DNA from: a virus
Taxonomy: Duplodnaviria; Caudoviricetes
Virus record (IMG/VR): IMGVR_UViG_3300014656_000103
Coordinates: 1-28,101 of that record
Reading direction: 5' to 3' (one strand)
Length of the DNA stretch: 28,101 nt
Shown here piece after piece: positions 9,326 to 17,207 of the stretch (the first letter of the stretch is position 1; every line of letters begins with the position of its first letter). Made by a program: the position numbers and the translations under genes. The notes beneath the pieces were generated by a model. That model worked only from the letters and a program-made list of their open reading frames with translations. It did not search any database and was not told where the DNA came from.

Positions 9326-9772
9326 GCGGATTGACAGCCATTGTTGGTTAAAGAGACGAGTTTAGACCCGTTTTAAGGCATATTTTAGGTCGTTTTTAGC
9401 TATGTTCTCTCGAATGCTGTTGTATGCTTCCAAATGGTCGCTTTTAGAGGATGAAAAACAGGGGGATACCTTTCGATACTATCAAAAGACGCTGGGGCAG
9501 GTGCGGGTGCTTGTCTCTACCTATCTTTGCCTAGTTGGCAGCTTGATGGGCAGGGCTACGCAACTAACTAGCGACTAGGTGATGGTAATTGGGGGGTGTG
9601 GGGGGGATGCAACTAGGTTCTTTTAGGGGAAGCAGGCGAGCGAGGTTAATAACAATCAACCACTCACTAGCCCATCTCCATGCGTGCGTCCGCAGGAGAG
9701 ACTAGGCTCAAAAATGATTTTTCAGGCTCAAGATGCTGTGTCATGTGAGGTAGCGTTTTGCCCAAAAATGGC

Positions 9773-9802
9773 TTGACAAACCCCCCGGCCTCGTGGTAGA
9801 GT
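9773..9802 (+). promoter_or_regulatory. sigma70-type early promoter
   Basis: TTGACA-N18-TAGAGT with TGn extension, followed by a leader hairpin (9811-9842) and GGAGG RBS. Confidence 0.65.
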
Positions 9803-9868
9803 GGAAATGAGCCTGACCGCCTCGGCTTCGAGTTCGGCAGGCACAAAATCGAGACTGGGAGGCACGAA

Positions 9869-10144
9869 ATGAGTCAAGTAATTAGTACTAAGGGCATGCC
9901 AGAACTAGCTAGAGCTGAACTCAACAGGATGCTAGTAGCTAACGACTACTGCGGAAGCTACTACACTATGCAACAGCACATGGCTGACCAATGGACTGAC
10001 GAGACTAAACCACATCCGGCTGAACTTAGGATAGGCTCACTACCTACGATTGAGACTGGTAGGCTCCACAGGCGTGAAGAGCCTAGTGAGAGTTACGGTC
10101 TAACTAAGGGTGAGTTCTTGAAGTATCAATGGATGAATACATAA
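9869..10144 (+). CDS. Hypothetical early protein
   Basis: GGGAGG RBS; first ORF after the early promoter. Confidence 0.6.
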   Translation: MSQVISTKGMPELARAELNRMLVANDYCGSYYTMQQHMADQWTDETKPHPAELRIGSLPTIETGRLHRREEPSESYGLTKGEFLKYQWMNT

Positions 10145-10156
10145 GGAGGAGAGCCT

Positions 10157-10270
10157 ATGGAATATTGTTTGTCCTATCCCGCCAGCCTCAAGCTAACCAA
10201 GAACTTGACACGGCGGTTGACCTCTCGATATGATGATAGTGGCGGACTCGAAGCGAGTCTGACCGAGTAA
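10157..10270 (+). CDS. Short hypothetical ORF (37 aa) overlapping a promoter
   Basis: Strong AGGAGG RBS, ATG 10157, TAA 10268-10270. Confidence 0.35.
   Translation: MEYCLSYPASLKLTKNLTRRLTSRYDDSGGLEASLTE
10205..10234 (+). promoter_or_regulatory. sigma70-type promoter
   Basis: TTGACA-N18-TATGAT followed by a GACTCG-aag-CGAGTC hairpin. Confidence 0.7.
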
Positions 10271-10286
10271 CGGAGGGTTTAGAGTA

Positions 10287-10604
10287 ATGAGTCAAGCGTC
10301 AAAGACTACTAGGGTTAGCTATAAGGACTTTGTTCTTAAAGCTATCGAGACCAGACCAAACCCAGAGAAAGGCAAGGGGATACATGCGGTATTCTCTGGC
10401 TTTAGCACAGCGTTCAAGCAATACTATGCCAATGCTGATGGTACTTGCCCAGACATCAAGGAAGTCTGTAAGAAACTGGAAGAGGAAGGCATAATCAAAG
10501 TGCGTGGTGCTATAGGCGGCGTGATACTGTATAAGGCTGGTGACGCTCCCACCAGCAAGAACGGTAACGGCGACTCCGCACTCAAGCGCATGGGATTAGC
10601 CTAG
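10287..10604 (+). CDS. Basic small protein, possible winged-helix DNA-binding protein
   Basis: GGAGG RBS; Lys-rich; helix followed by a wing-like hairpin 'LEEEGIIKVRGAIGGVILY'. Confidence 0.55.
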   Translation: MSQASKTTRVSYKDFVLKAIETRPNPEKGKGIHAVFSGFSTAFKQYYANADGTCPDIKEVCKKLEEEGIIKVRGAIGGVILYKAGDAPTSKNGNGDSALKRMGLA

Positions 10605-10732
10605 CTTCTTAGTCTAGCCTGCCCGTTAGCCTCAAACTATATGAGTTAAGTAGTGGATTAGCTTAGTCTAGTTCTACTCTATGGGGGAAAGGCTAATGGG
10701 CAGACCTAAACTAATAAGTTAAGGGGGTAACT

Positions 10733-10939
10733 ATGACTATCAAAGAATGGCTAGAGGCACTAGCTACATCAGACATCAGCGAGGAAGAAGACTCGACTAT
10801 GATGGCTAACTTATTGCATAGGGTAGGCTTCCCAAGTTCTGTAGTAGTAGCAGGCATAGTCTACCTAGAAGGCAAGGGAACATTAGAAGCTCCGCCAGTT
10901 AGCATACACAGTGTAGCCAAGACGTTACTCAAGGCGTAG
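10733..10939 (+). CDS. Hypothetical protein
   Basis: AGGGGGT RBS; 68 aa. Confidence 0.55.
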   Translation: MTIKEWLEALATSDISEEEDSTMMANLLHRVGFPSSVVVAGIVYLEGKGTLEAPPVSIHSVAKTLLKA

Positions 10940-10948
10940 GGAGGGATT

Positions 10949-11065
10949 ATGAAAGACGGCGACAGACTCCTCATACAGCTACGACAACAAGAGCTAGAGA
11001 GGCTAGCTATCGAGAGGGACAAAAGGCGGAGAATGTTAATATGGGTATTAAGAGGCTGTCAATGA
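10949..11065 (+). CDS. Short hypothetical protein (38 aa)
   Basis: GGAGG RBS; MKDGDRLLIQLRQQELERL...; ATGA overlap with the next short ORF (11062-11181). Confidence 0.45.
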   Translation: MKDGDRLLIQLRQQELERLAIERDKRRRMLIWVLRGCQ

Positions 11066-11167
11066 CAGTCGATAAGTCATATCCTACCAAGAGGAACTGC
11101 CCAAAGCCATACCAGAGGTTTATGGGTAGAAGAGCTTGGAGGCAAAAACAAAGAGGGAGGCTTACCA

Positions 11168-11293
11168 ATGAACGAAGATGACATCCAGAAGCTAATCCGC
11201 TGGGCAAACGAGAACGGTTATAACATTAGAGAGCGTACTCACCCGAAGACAAGGAGAAACTGGGATAAGCCAGCTAGAGGTAAACATAAGTAA
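11168..11293 (+). CDS. Short basic hypothetical protein (41 aa)
   Basis: GGGAGG RBS; MNEDDIQKLIRWANENGY... Confidence 0.45.
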   Translation: MNEDDIQKLIRWANENGYNIRERTHPKTRRNWDKPARGKHK

Positions 11294-11305
11294 GAGGAGA
11301 TAACT

Positions 11306-11410
11306 ATGGACTACGCAATATTCGTTTTCACGTTATGCTTAGGCATAGTAATAGGTTTCGTTGCCGGGCTCGGCGTTGGTCAGAACAACCACAACCCAAA
11401 AGGGACTTGA
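11306..11410 (+). CDS. Short single-TM peptide (34 aa)
   Basis: GAGGAG RBS; MDYAIFVFTLCLGIVIGFVAGLGVG...; stop overlaps the -35 of the next promoter. Confidence 0.5.
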   Translation: MDYAIFVFTLCLGIVIGFVAGLGVGQNNHNPKGT

Positions 11411-11436
11411 CACGACCCCGGCCCTCTCGGTGTGAT
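11407..11436 (+). promoter_or_regulatory. sigma70-type promoter upstream of the Ubl-E2-E1-JAB operon
   Basis: TTGACA-N18-TGTGAT; spacer resembles those of the 9773 and 10205 promoters (ccccggcc / cctctcg). Confidence 0.6.
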
Positions 11437-11613
11437 GAAAATAGACGAGAGGACGACCACATAGTAATAAAGAAGAAGCATCGCCCTCAATCAAGCCAAA
11501 TAATTTGATTTGGGCTGTTGGATTGGGGGCTTTGCCCAAACAGAGAGACTACCTGAGCCCAAGTCTGGGTCGGACAAGGGTTCAGGAAGAAAAATAAGAA
11601 GGAGGTCATAGCT

Positions 11614-11889
11614 ATGAACGAAGCGGGAATCTGGACAAGGAGAGGAATTATCACAACCCCTACAGGGGCTTATGTCCCAACCAGTGATAACCTTACCGAA
11701 GAACTCCAGAAGGCGGCAACATTTGCCAGACTGGGTAACTTCAGGGTGCTGATAAGCGGCGCCTACGTTGACTCAGCCTCGGAACTCCAGACTAACAGCA
11801 TCGCTGCCTTACTCGATGGCATCGAGGTAGAAGGGGTAGAGGGTGATGTGTGCGTTGCCAACGTCAGCCGGGAAGACAAAGCGGCTTAA
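11614..11889 (+). CDS. Putative ubiquitin-like (beta-grasp, ThiS/MoaD-like) modifier
   Basis: AGGAGGT RBS; 91 aa; strand-strand-helix-strand (FRVLISG) pattern, final strand (VANVSRE) and short tail DKAA. First gene of an operon with E2, E1 and JAB. Fold is inferred. Confidence 0.6.
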   Translation: MNEAGIWTRRGIITTPTGAYVPTSDNLTEELQKAATFARLGNFRVLISGAYVDSASELQTNSIAALLDGIEVEGVEGDVCVANVSREDKAA

Positions 11890-11923
11890 CAGAGACAAGA
11901 CAAGGAACTAAGGAAGCGGAAGA

Positions 11924-11957
11924 GGGCAGGCTCACAACCGACCCTGTGGGTCTGCCC
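11924..11957 (+). terminator. GC-rich stem-loop between the Ubl and E2 genes (attenuator, stabiliser or processing site)
   Basis: GGGCAGGCTCACA / TGTGGGTCTGCCC 13-bp stem with two G-U pairs; no U-tract. Confidence 0.5.
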
Positions 11958-11974
11958 GAACAAGGAGACAGAAA

Positions 11975-13642
11975 ATGACACCTTGGACAACAAGAACTGA
12001 CAGAACATCTACTGAACCAAGAACAGACAGACCTACATTAGACCCGCTATACGCACTAGGCGGAGTAACAATGGAAATTAGACTGCCTGATGAAGCAAGA
12101 GACAACCGAAGACTAGCTGCAAGAGAGCTTGTGCTAGATGATGAAGACCAAGAAAGGGTAGAAACCTGGGGCATAGACAGACCACTTGGGTCACACTATG
12201 ACTATCACGGAACACAAATCCTCGTAGGCTGCCGAGTAGAGCTTACGATTAACGGGCTAACACAATATGGTGCTGTAAGAGGCTCACAAGGAACTGTCAC
12301 AGGACTAGACCCAGAAGGGGCTGTTGACATTGATTTTGACAATGGACACCAACTTGCAGTGATGCCGAGTTGGGTAGCTATATTCAGAGAGGAGGAAGAG
12401 GAGGAAGAGGGTATAGACACAGGAGGTACAGAAATGCCAGAAATACTAAGAACTCCAAACGGAGTCGAAATCGTTGTAGGTCAAAGGGTTCAGGCAATTA
12501 CCAACGACCTTCGTAGTTCCAATATCTACATAGGCGCCCAAGGGACTGTCTCAGAGATTTCCAGAGATGTACAGGTCAATTTCGATACCTACCTACATGG
12601 TAACTTATGGGCAAGACCAGACTGGATTGAAGCAATCACTGGAGGAGTAACACCTGATGATAGCATCATGTTCGAACGCCTGCTCGGACAAACCAACGAC
12701 CTAATGATTGTTGGCACGCAACTATTCCAACTGCGTGCTGAGGAAATAACAAGTGGCAGCGAAATCCTCAGGAGATACCAACAACAACTGATACAACAAT
12801 TCAACCAAGCAAGGGAAAACCTAAGGCGGAAAGAGCAAGCTCTTGAGATACGAGAGGCTGAACGATGCAATATGCCTACGGTAAGTTTGTATGACGTCAC
12901 ACGAGGCATGAGAGTCTACAAAGATTCAAGGTCTGTATGCTTTATTATGCCCTTTCACTATGCCCCAAATAGGATACAATACAACGGCGTGACAAAGAAA
13001 CTTACCGACGAACACCAAGCAGAGGCTATACAGGATTGTCTCTTGCAAGTTGACACCAGTAATGGTAGTGAAGCAAGGTTAATGCTATTGAAATCTGAGG
13101 ACTATCAAAATATGGAACACTACCACTCACAAAGAGGGTACAACTGTACTGGAGATATGCAACTGCCTAGAGGAATACCTAGTTCTGATGAACTATGGGC
13201 ACTACGAGATAGATACCAAGAAGTTTTAACTGTAATAAATCGTGATAGTCCAGGAACCAGCCACCCAGAAGGTATGTCCCACATAGATATTTTATGGTCT
13301 GAAGCTACCGCAATAAGTTCTGATGAACACTGGACTACAATACCTGAACGGCGAGCATATCAAGTAGGCGACTTAGTTCAGGTGCTTAGAAGTTATGATT
13401 CTTTCCCACAGGATGATGTTGGTAGCATTGGCAGAGTTGTGACTGTAAACTACGAAACAAGCATTGGAGTTGAGTTCTTGTTTGACTTTAGTGGGCATAA
13501 TTGTTCGGGAACTTGCCCTGACGGATACGGGTATAACTTCAACATAGATTATATCAGACACGCTCCAATAGGAGCAAGGCGGACAAGAGAACGAGGAATA
13601 TATAGGAGGATGTCAAATGAGGAACGAACAGATTTACGTTAG
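11975..13642 (+). CDS. Multidomain E2 (UBC)-like protein with three SH3/KOW-like barrels and a coiled coil
   Basis: H382-Y-H...C391-T-G resembles the E2 HPN...C motif, and 'VINRDSP' resembles the E2 N-x-x-S-P loop. Three G-x-x-V...G-T/R-V...V-x-F barrels and a Q/E/R coiled coil. Overlaps the E1 start. Confidence 0.65.
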   Translation: MTPWTTRTDRTSTEPRTDRPTLDPLYALGGVTMEIRLPDEARDNRRLAARELVLDDEDQERVETWGIDRPLGSHYDYHGTQILVGCRVELTINGLTQYGAVRGSQGTVTGLDPEGAVDIDFDNGHQLAVMPSWVAIFREEEEEEEGIDTGGTEMPEILRTPNGVEIVVGQRVQAITNDLRSSNIYIGAQGTVSEISRDVQVNFDTYLHGNLWARPDWIEAITGGVTPDDSIMFERLLGQTNDLMIVGTQLFQLRAEEITSGSEILRRYQQQLIQQFNQARENLRRKEQALEIREAERCNMPTVSLYDVTRGMRVYKDSRSVCFIMPFHYAPNRIQYNGVTKKLTDEHQAEAIQDCLLQVDTSNGSEARLMLLKSEDYQNMEHYHSQRGYNCTGDMQLPRGIPSSDELWALRDRYQEVLTVINRDSPGTSHPEGMSHIDILWSEATAISSDEHWTTIPERRAYQVGDLVQVLRSYDSFPQDDVGSIGRVVTVNYETSIGVEFLFDFSGHNCSGTCPDGYGYNFNIDYIRHAPIGARRTRERGIYRRMSNEERTDLR

Positions 13643-14408
13643 GCAAGACCAACTACCATTATTTAATATTGGTGAAGCTATCGTAGTCGGTGTAGGTGGC
13701 ACAGGGACTTGGGTTGGCATATTCTTGGCACTTTCGGGATGCCAACGGTTGCACTTGATGGACTCAGATGTTCTGGAGACTAGCAATCTGAATAGGTTGC
13801 CCTACTCGCCAGAGCAAGTTACCAGACCTAAGACAGAGGTTTTGAAGGATATGCTGATAAACCTACGACCTGAAATAGATGTTAATACCTATCCTAATGC
13901 CGACTCATTCACCTTGCAGATGGTCAAGGGGCAAGTTCTATTCGACTGTACCGATAGGGCAGCAACACAACGAACTCTCCAAGCACACGCCAATACCGTA
14001 GGCATGAGATATATCAGATGTAGCTACAATGGAACTCATATGACTGTTACTGCAACTAACTCAGAATGGATAACTCCAGGCACCCCAGACGGCTACGACA
14101 CTGTGTCTAGTTGGTCTGTGCCCGCTGCCATTACTGCTGCCCTAGGTGTGGCGAAGGCGATGTATCGAGAGAACTTAGAGGTTTGCCATGACCTAAGCGA
14201 GCTATATGCTAGTCCTACTAGAGAGCCGACAAGGAGATTAGAGAACCTATTTGACATACGAGACATATCAACAAGGCATATATCAGAAGCCCTTACTGAA
14301 GACTTATTTAACAACTATAGCCACGGAGACACCCTTGAGCAAGTTGACTGGCGTGATGTAGCCACATGGATGCGAGACGAACTAATAAGGAGGATAGAAA
14401 ATGGATAA
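13617..14408 (+). CDS. ThiF/MoeB/E1-family adenylyltransferase
   Basis: Y-x-R-Q, GVGGTG nucleotide loop, D-x-D-x-x-E-x-SNLNR, PK and FDCTD motifs. Confidence 0.93.
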   Translation: MRNEQIYVRQDQLPLFNIGEAIVVGVGGTGTWVGIFLALSGCQRLHLMDSDVLETSNLNRLPYSPEQVTRPKTEVLKDMLINLRPEIDVNTYPNADSFTLQMVKGQVLFDCTDRAATQRTLQAHANTVGMRYIRCSYNGTHMTVTATNSEWITPGTPDGYDTVSSWSVPAAITAALGVAKAMYRENLEVCHDLSELYASPTREPTRRLENLFDIRDISTRHISEALTEDLFNNYSHGDTLEQVDWRDVATWMRDELIRRIENG

Positions 14409-15123
14409 AGGCTGGACAACGGACAAGAAAGTTATCGACAAGTGTGGAGTCTGCGACGACATTGAGCCGATAGTCAGCGTGGACTGTGAAGTATGGGAAA
14501 AAATCAAGGCTATGTCCGCTGAGATGAAAAACAAAGAATGGCTAGGCTATCTCATAGGCACAATCGACAGAGATGATGATTATTATAAGGTAACAGACAT
14601 CTACGTGCCAGAGCAAGAAGTAAGTTACTCTACTGTGAATGTTATCGAAGATACTATGCTTGAGGGCATAATCGGGACTGTCCACAGCCATCACAGCATG
14701 GGGGCATTTCATTCCAAGACTGACGAAGATTTCGTAGGCTCAAACCATGATATATGTATCGTTTATAGTAACAAGGGAGCAGCTACTAAAATAAGGCAAC
14801 ATCTACCCTGTGGTCATTGTGCTTTGGTTGACGCCGACTTGATGATTAGCTATCCAACCACGGGGGATATTCCCGCCTTCATCGAGGCAAGTAAGACAAA
14901 GATTAAGGAGAAAACTTATACTCGCACGTACCAACCTCCCCAAATTTCCCTACTCCAACAAGGGTACTTACCGACACAAAGTCGAGCTAACATAGCCCAA
15001 GGAGACTTCTGCGAAATGTGTATGCAACCGACAGACACAAAGCAACTGAAAATGTTAGAGGAGTTGTGGCTCTGCCCCGAATGTTTAGACTATGTTAAGC
15101 ATTGGGGGGTTTATGGATATTGA
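14401..15123 (+). CDS. JAB/MPN (JAMM) metallopeptidase with C-terminal Zn finger
   Basis: E46...H95-S-H97-x7-S105-x2-D108 (HSHHSMGAFHSKTD); C-terminal CEMC...CPEC; overlaps the E1 stop. Confidence 0.92.
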   Translation: MDKGWTTDKKVIDKCGVCDDIEPIVSVDCEVWEKIKAMSAEMKNKEWLGYLIGTIDRDDDYYKVTDIYVPEQEVSYSTVNVIEDTMLEGIIGTVHSHHSMGAFHSKTDEDFVGSNHDICIVYSNKGAATKIRQHLPCGHCALVDADLMISYPTTGDIPAFIEASKTKIKEKTYTRTYQPPQISLLQQGYLPTQSRANIAQGDFCEMCMQPTDTKQLKMLEELWLCPECLDYVKHWGVYGY

Positions 15124-15135
15124 AGGAGGAGAGAA

Positions 15136-15513
15136 ATGAGAGAGATTAAGTTCAGAGGCTACCGCAACTTTGAGGGCAATGGATTGTATCCACCTGACAA
15201 AAGATGGATATATGGGTATTACTATCTCCAAGAGGGCAAACACTGGATAAAGGACGCTGAAGATTGGAAGATGTCCTATTGTGTTGAAGAGGGTTCAATG
15301 GGTCAATACACAGGACTCAAAGACAAGAATGGCTTGACAAATATCTATGAATGTGATATAATAGGGGTAGATGGTATAGTAAGGGGGAATAAGTATGAAA
15401 ACAGCAATCTACTCCAAGACACAACTAATCTCGTTATTGAAGGACTTGGCACAAAGGCTTGGCGAGCTACCGAGGAAGAGGCAATGGCTAGGGGATGTAA
15501 ATACGCCGAGTGA
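15136..15513 (+). CDS. YopX-family protein
   Basis: MREIKFRG...WIYG...[17 protein letters not shown]...GNKYEN; 3' part overlaps the HNH gene. Confidence 0.8.
   Translation: MREIKFRGYRNFEGNGLYPPDKRWIYGYYYLQEGKHWIKDAEDWKMSYCVEEGSMGQYTGLKDKNGLTNIYECDIIGVDGIVRGNKYENSNLLQDTTNLVIEGLGTKAWRATEEEAMARGCKYAE
15334..15362 (+). promoter_or_regulatory. Consensus sigma70 promoter inside yopX, upstream of the HNH gene
   Basis: TTGACA-N17-TATAAT with TGn extension. Confidence 0.8.
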
Positions 15514-15919
15514 TATGCCAGTCAGGATGCTATTTGGGAACTGGACTAACTTTGTAAAGGAAGCAGGATATGAACCGAGGGTATCAGAAATATCAATCCA
15601 GGCCAGACTCAATACCATTAAAGCCCATACGGGCAAGCGGAGTTTTGCTTGGAAAGGTGGAAGACACATTGATAGGTTGGGGTATGTTCAGGTTTGGCAA
15701 CCAGACCATCCAAACGCAAGGATGGGGGGCTACATCCATGAACACCGATTGGTTATGTCCAAGTATCTTGGCAGACCTCTTGAAAGCTATGAGTTTGTTC
15801 ATCACAAGAATGGCATCAAGGATGATAATAGACTTGAGAACCTTGAGTTACTTACTAAGAATGTCCACAGGGGACAAGTTGTATGCCCTCACTGTGGGAA
15901 GGAGTTTACAATAAGATGA
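15395..15919 (+). CDS. HNH homing endonuclease with N-terminal homing-endonuclease-associated repeat
   Basis: [21 protein letters not shown]...FGNW, WKGG, HEHRLVM...[16 protein letters not shown]. Confidence 0.9.
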   Translation: MKTAIYSKTQLISLLKDLAQRLGELPRKRQWLGDVNTPSDMPVRMLFGNWTNFVKEAGYEPRVSEISIQARLNTIKAHTGKRSFAWKGGRHIDRLGYVQVWQPDHPNARMGGYIHEHRLVMSKYLGRPLESYEFVHHKNGIKDDNRLENLELLTKNVHRGQVVCPHCGKEFTIR

Positions 15920-16383
15920 GGCAATTGAAATATAGACTTAGGGATGGAAATACAATCGTTGGTTACTGCTTATGGTTAGTAGAGGAAGGTAAATTCGGCA
16001 AGTGGATTTATTCCCCCAATAATGAACTGTGGAGTATTGGCTACCCAAAAATCCCACACAAAGAAAAGGATAGCTTCACTGGCTTATTGGATAAACAGGG
16101 CAAGGAGATATATGAGGGGGACATAGTGGTCATAGAAGATACCTACAAGGATGTGATTCTTGATGATGGTACCGGCCCGATAGAACCATTCAACCATCTT
16201 GCACCCGTAGTATTCCAGACCGCAGAGTTTGGAGTGGAGATAAATCAGGGTGCTGACATATTCAACAGTGGATTCTGGGCTTTCTGTGATATAGCACGGG
16301 AAACAGGGCAGGAAAAACTTGAAGTAATCGGCAACATCTATGAGAACAAGGAGTTGTTGGTGGTTTCTAAGGGGGGTTTATAG
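15916..16383 (+). CDS. Second YopX-family protein (likely start 15916)
   Basis: MRQLKYRL...[18 protein letters not shown]...[13 protein letters not shown]; ATGA overlap with the HNH stop; GGAG upstream. Confidence 0.85.
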   Translation: MRQLKYRLRDGNTIVGYCLWLVEEGKFGKWIYSPNNELWSIGYPKIPHKEKDSFTGLLDKQGKEIYEGDIVVIEDTYKDVILDDGTGPIEPFNHLAPVVFQTAEFGVEINQGADIFNSGFWAFCDIARETGQEKLEVIGNIYENKELLVVSKGGL

Positions 16384-16474
16384 ATATTAACATGAAATTT
16401 TGGCCGGGGTAGAGAAACTTTTGCCAAGGTATACGATGAGCCTAAAAGGAAAAATGCGAACGAGCCTGTAGGAT

Positions 16475-16526
16475 TTCTCTACTCCTCCACTCTCCTCTCC
16501 CCCTATTAAAGGGGAGGAGTAGAGAA
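16475..16526. repeat. Perfect 14-bp inverted repeat
   Basis: TTCTCTACTCCTCC (16475-16488) / GGAGGAGTAGAGAA (16513-16526). Confidence 0.8.
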
Positions 16527-16644
16527 CCATAGTTTGAAAAAATCACGGAGGTAAAAGGCAGAAATAAAACTATAAAACAAGTAGCATCATAGAGTAAACA
16601 AGAGCTAGAGTGACCTAACTTACTCTCATTGTCTCTGAACAGAC

Positions 16645-16673
16645 TTGACAAAGGTAGGGTTATGTGGTATAAT
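16645..16673 (+). promoter_or_regulatory. Consensus sigma70 promoter
   Basis: TTGACA-N17-TATAAT with TGn; AGGAGG RBS follows. Confidence 0.85.
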
Positions 16674-16693
16674 ATGGGTAGGAGGATAAGAGA

Positions 16694-16816
16694 ATGAAAG
16701 TCAAGCTGAACATCTTAACTTGTAGGCAATGCGGGCACACTTGGACACCAAGGGTATCTGAAGTAAGGATGTGCCCAAAATGTAAGTCTGTTTACTGGGA
16801 CAGGGAGAAAGAGTAG
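16694..16816 (+). CDS. Small Zn-ribbon protein (40 aa)
   Basis: MKVKLNILTCRQCGHTWTPRVSEVRMCPKCKSVYWDREKE; two CxxC motifs; below the ORF-track length cutoff. Confidence 0.75.
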   Translation: MKVKLNILTCRQCGHTWTPRVSEVRMCPKCKSVYWDREKE

Positions 16817-16817
16817 A

Positions 16818-17207
16818 ATGGTTGAAGTTTATAAGGATGCTTTAGTAGTTTACAAGAAAATCCGTAATGCTTTAGGAACTAATCTAGAGTGGACACATTA
16901 CGACCAGACATTCCGTGCAGCGGGTTCAGTAGCTGCGAATATAGCTGAAGGGGAAGGCTCAAAGAGGGGCAAAGAAGGGGTCACAGCATCTAGGTGGAAC
17001 ACTGCTAGAGGTTCTCTCCTAGAGACATCAGCGTGGATAGATATTGCCCTAATTGATGGTGTGATACTTATAGAAGATGTAGAGGACATCAAAGCAGAAA
17101 TTGAAAAGTTATCTGATAATTTAACGAAGCTGATGGAGGGCATAGATGTTAAAAACACCCCACCGACTGAAGTCTTGCGCAACCGTATTAAGAATAACAA
17201 GAAATAA
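16818..17207 (+). CDS. Four-helix-bundle protein (23S rRNA intervening-sequence protein family)
   Basis: DQTFRAAGSVAANIAEG...ARGSLLET signature. Confidence 0.85.
   Translation: MVEVYKDALVVYKKIRNALGTNLEWTHYDQTFRAAGSVAANIAEGEGSKRGKEGVTASRWNTARGSLLETSAWIDIALIDGVILIEDVEDIKAEIEKLSDNLTKLMEGIDVKNTPPTEVLRNRIKNNKK

Noticed and set aside
9067-9868. tRNA, attP or integrase-linked site
   Set aside because: No cloverleaf recognised and no integrase or repressor in the window, so lifestyle cannot be determined.
13617-14408. Thiamine/molybdopterin biosynthesis or tRNA-thiolation auxiliary gene
   Set aside because: No ThiG, MoaE, rhodanese or desulfurase partner is present; the neighbours are E2-like and JAB genes.
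16818-17207. Avd of a diversity-generating retroelement
   Set aside because: The SVAANIAEG signature fits the IVS four-helix family, and no reverse transcriptase or adenine-variant TR/VR pair is visible in the window.
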